Positions 59,038 to 61,014 of a stretch of 61,014 nt of DNA are shown here, in pieces (the stretch's first letter is position 1; each line of letters begins with the position of its first letter). The translations under genes and the position numbers were made by a program. Source of the stretch: Candidatus Kapaibacterium sp. (GTDB taxonomy: Bacteria; Bacteroidota; Ignavibacteria; Kapaibacteriales; WFXC01); assembly GCA_027082775.1 (NCBI GenBank), contig JALWUI010000112.1:1-61014 (forward strand), written 5' to 3'. The notes under the pieces are model-generated. The model was not told the origin of the DNA. It was given only the letters and a program-made list of their open reading frames with translations, and did no database searches.

Positions 59038-59064
59038 TTGTCGGTATCTGAAACGAAAAGATTA
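59038..59064 (-). promoter_or_regulatory. candidate sigma-28 (FliA)-type promoter upstream of fliL
   Basis: The minus strand reads TAAT-N15-ACCGACAA against the consensus TAAA-N15-GCCGATAA (9 of 12 positions). The implied start site favours the Met8 start of fliL. Confidence 0.35.
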
Positions 59065-59080
59065 AAAAAATCGTGCCTGC

Positions 59081-60943
59081 TCACAGAGCGGAGCGTTCCG
59101 GGGATAATCGGCGAATAATCTCCACCGCCATCTCGTACTTTTTAAACGGTGGCATAAAATAGAATCCGTGGACAAGCAGACGGGCAGCTCGGGCAAATTC
59201 CACCGCGATCTGCTGCCCTGCCCGCCGTTCTGCGTCTTTTCCCTGGCGCGCTGCCGTCTCGATTCGCTTCCGCACCCATTCTGGAATCTCAATGCCCGGT
59301 ACTTCATAGTGGAGAAACGTTGCGTGACGCAAAGAACGGATGGGCAAAATGCCGACGATCAGGTAAATCTGCAACGAGTGGATTTTCTCCAGAAACTGCT
59401 CCAGTAATCGGAAATCGTAGAGTGGCTGCGTAAACACGACCTCTGCTCCTTGATCCACCTTGCGAAAAAGGCGATCTACTTCTTCGTCCAGATTATACGC
59501 AGCAGGATTGCAGGCACAGCAAATGGTAAAGTTAGAAGCGGCTGCAACGTCATTTCCTGCCAGATCTTTTCCCTGATTGAGCAGATGAAGCGCCCGGATC
59601 AAACCAATGGAATCCAGATCCCGGACCGTGGTCGCATACGGATAGTCACCGATGTGCGTAGGATCACCGGTCACCGCTAAGATATTCTTAATCCCCAGTT
59701 GCCACGCGCCCAGCATATCCGCCTGTAACCCGACCATATTGCGGTCGCGGCAGGCGTAATGCGTCACGGTCTCAATCCCTACTGTTTGCTGCACCAGCAC
59801 GGAAATAGCGATCGGATTCATCCGGAGTCGGGCACGGGCACCATCGGAAATGTTGACAGCATCCACCCCCTGCTGTGCCAGGTAGCGAGCACCTTCCAGC
59901 ACGGCACTCATATCGAAACCTCGTGGAATATCCAATTCAACAGTGGTGACAAATTCTCCTGCCTGCAATTTCTGCCAGAACCTCGACCGTTGGGGCGCTG
60001 TTTTCGGCACCGGCATTTTTTGCTTAATCTTCGGCTGTCCGAACGGAACAGAGCCCACGGTAACATCTTCCAGATGCTGAACTATTGCTTGCACAAATTC
60101 CAGCGATGCGCCACCATCAGCCCCCACAATCTGGACTCCTCCTTGCGCCAGCCGTCGAACCGATTGTGCCACGTACACCGGATCCGCATTGTATTCCATC
60201 TGCCCATCCCGAATGATCGGGATGCCAATATCCGGCTGCGCCGAAAGCGTACATCCCGCAGCCGCCATCCGCTCCATAATACCCAGCATTCGCTGCGGAC
60301 CCACCGCTCCATTGGCTCCCACGACCGCCACCTTAGCGCTTTTCAAGGCACGTGCCACCTGCACCGGATATTCTGTTGCCAGCACAGCGCCATCTTCGGG
60401 GAATGTTTTCTGAGCAATGATCGGCACCTCGCTATCCACAAACTGCGCCGCCTCAATGGCAATGAGCAACTCTTCCAGATCGATAAAGGACTTCAGCAGC
60501 AGCAGATCGGCACCGCCATCCAGCAGCGCAATGATCTGATCAATAAACGCCTGTCGCACTTCTTCAGCCGAATACGGTCCAATCGGTTTGAGAAATTTCC
60601 CAACCGGTCCAACAACACCGGCTACTAAGGCTCGCCGAACGGCGGCACATCGTGCGATCCACACTCCTTTTCGGTTGATCTCATAAACTTTATCTGCCAG
60701 CCCATATCGTTCTAAGGTCAAAGCGTTTGCCTGAAAAGTATTCGCCAGAATGATCCGCACCCCTGCCTGCACAAAAGCCCGGTGGATCGTTTCTACCAGT
60801 AGCGGCTCCTTGAGGGTATACAGTGCCGTCGGCTGCTCTTTGTATCCCCGACGTCGCAACTCCGCTGCAAGCGATCCTTCAACAACAATCGGTCGCGAAT
60901 CTTCCAGCAATTGCGCAAATGCTTCCCGTCCCGTACTTCCCAT
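59081..60943 (-). CDS. yitJ: fusion of a homocysteine-S-methyltransferase-like domain (zinc Cys ligands absent) and methylenetetrahydrofolate reductase
   Basis: 620 aa. N-terminal domain has ILANTFQAN, DLLLLKSFIDLEE, SAQPDIGIP. C-terminal MTHFR domain has TTVELDIPRG, NISDGARARLRM, THYACRDRN..GLQADMLGA...GI.NILAVTGDP. The symbol is given by architecture analogy to B. subtilis yitJ only. Confidence 0.8.
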   Translation of the reverse strand: MGSTGREAFAQLLEDSRPIVVEGSLAAELRRRGYKEQPTALYTLKEPLLVETIHRAFVQAGVRIILANTFQANALTLERYGLADKVYEINRKGVWIARCAAVRRALVAGVVGPVGKFLKPIGPYSAEEVRQAFIDQIIALLDGGADLLLLKSFIDLEELLIAIEAAQFVDSEVPIIAQKTFPEDGAVLATEYPVQVARALKSAKVAVVGANGAVGPQRMLGIMERMAAAGCTLSAQPDIGIPIIRDGQMEYNADPVYVAQSVRRLAQGGVQIVGADGGASLEFVQAIVQHLEDVTVGSVPFGQPKIKQKMPVPKTAPQRSRFWQKLQAGEFVTTVELDIPRGFDMSAVLEGARYLAQQGVDAVNISDGARARLRMNPIAISVLVQQTVGIETVTHYACRDRNMVGLQADMLGAWQLGIKNILAVTGDPTHIGDYPYATTVRDLDSIGLIRALHLLNQGKDLAGNDVAAASNFTICCACNPAAYNLDEEVDRLFRKVDQGAEVVFTQPLYDFRLLEQFLEKIHSLQIYLIVGILPIRSLRHATFLHYEVPGIEIPEWVRKRIETAARQGKDAERRAGQQIAVEFARAARLLVHGFYFMPPFKKYEMAVEIIRRLSPERSAL

Positions 60944-61014
60944 CCTACTCCGCCCGCTGTGACTGTGGTGCTGTTAAATACGCAATGGCGGCAAAATTTT
61001 TTCTTTTGTATATT

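Overview
This 61-kb bacterial window probably comes from a flagellated member of the FCB group (Ignavibacteria/Chlorobi/Kapabacteria-like). That guess rests on a T9SS type-A C-terminal sorting domain, recurrent TAnnTTTG (Bacteroidota-type -7) boxes upstream of genes, a serine-palmitoyltransferase-like gene and fliLMNO. Layout: (1) nt 1-2230 is a compositionally mosaic phage-derived fragment. It holds two + strand morphogenesis-type genes coupled by ATGA, then a convergent, tightly packed 3-gene minus-strand cassette that reads like a decapitated MuF-type polymorphic toxin plus two immunity-like genes. (2) A family of structured REP-like intergenic repeats sits at three loci (2261-2583, 32268-32340, 40163-40352). 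(3) nt 2733-30527 is a 28-kb one-strand island of four secreted proteins (6237, ~687, 178 and 2098 aa). Only the 2098-aa protein has a T9SS sorting domain. Cohesin-like N-terminal modules and a shared dockerin-like C-terminal module suggest a surface assembly system. (4) Housekeeping genes: SPT-like alpha-oxoamine synthase, tRNA-Gly(GCC), tRNA-Val(CAC), glyQS, lysine 6-aminotransferase-like, RsbU/SpoIIE phosphatase, tRNA-Ala(CGC), carA, and a yitJ-like MTHFR fusion. (5) A PKD+FGE-domain lipoprotein overlaps a pentahaem cytochrome c gene. (6) A ~1660-aa tail-fibre-like protein has YadA-head-like repeats and a peptidase-S74 intramolecular-chaperone C-terminus. (7) A six-gene heme-copper oxidase operon has a subunit I lacking the cross-link Tyr and carrying HFK instead of the invariant HFH, plus a cytochrome b/ferredoxin/FlpD-like fusion. 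(8) An ATP-grasp-like/NlpC-P60/cupin/HAD operon. (9) fliL-fliM-fliN-fliO without fliPQR. I recognised no rRNA, CRISPR array, integrase or transposase. All calls come from reading translations and motifs by eye. No database search or folding program was run, so domain boundaries are approximate.
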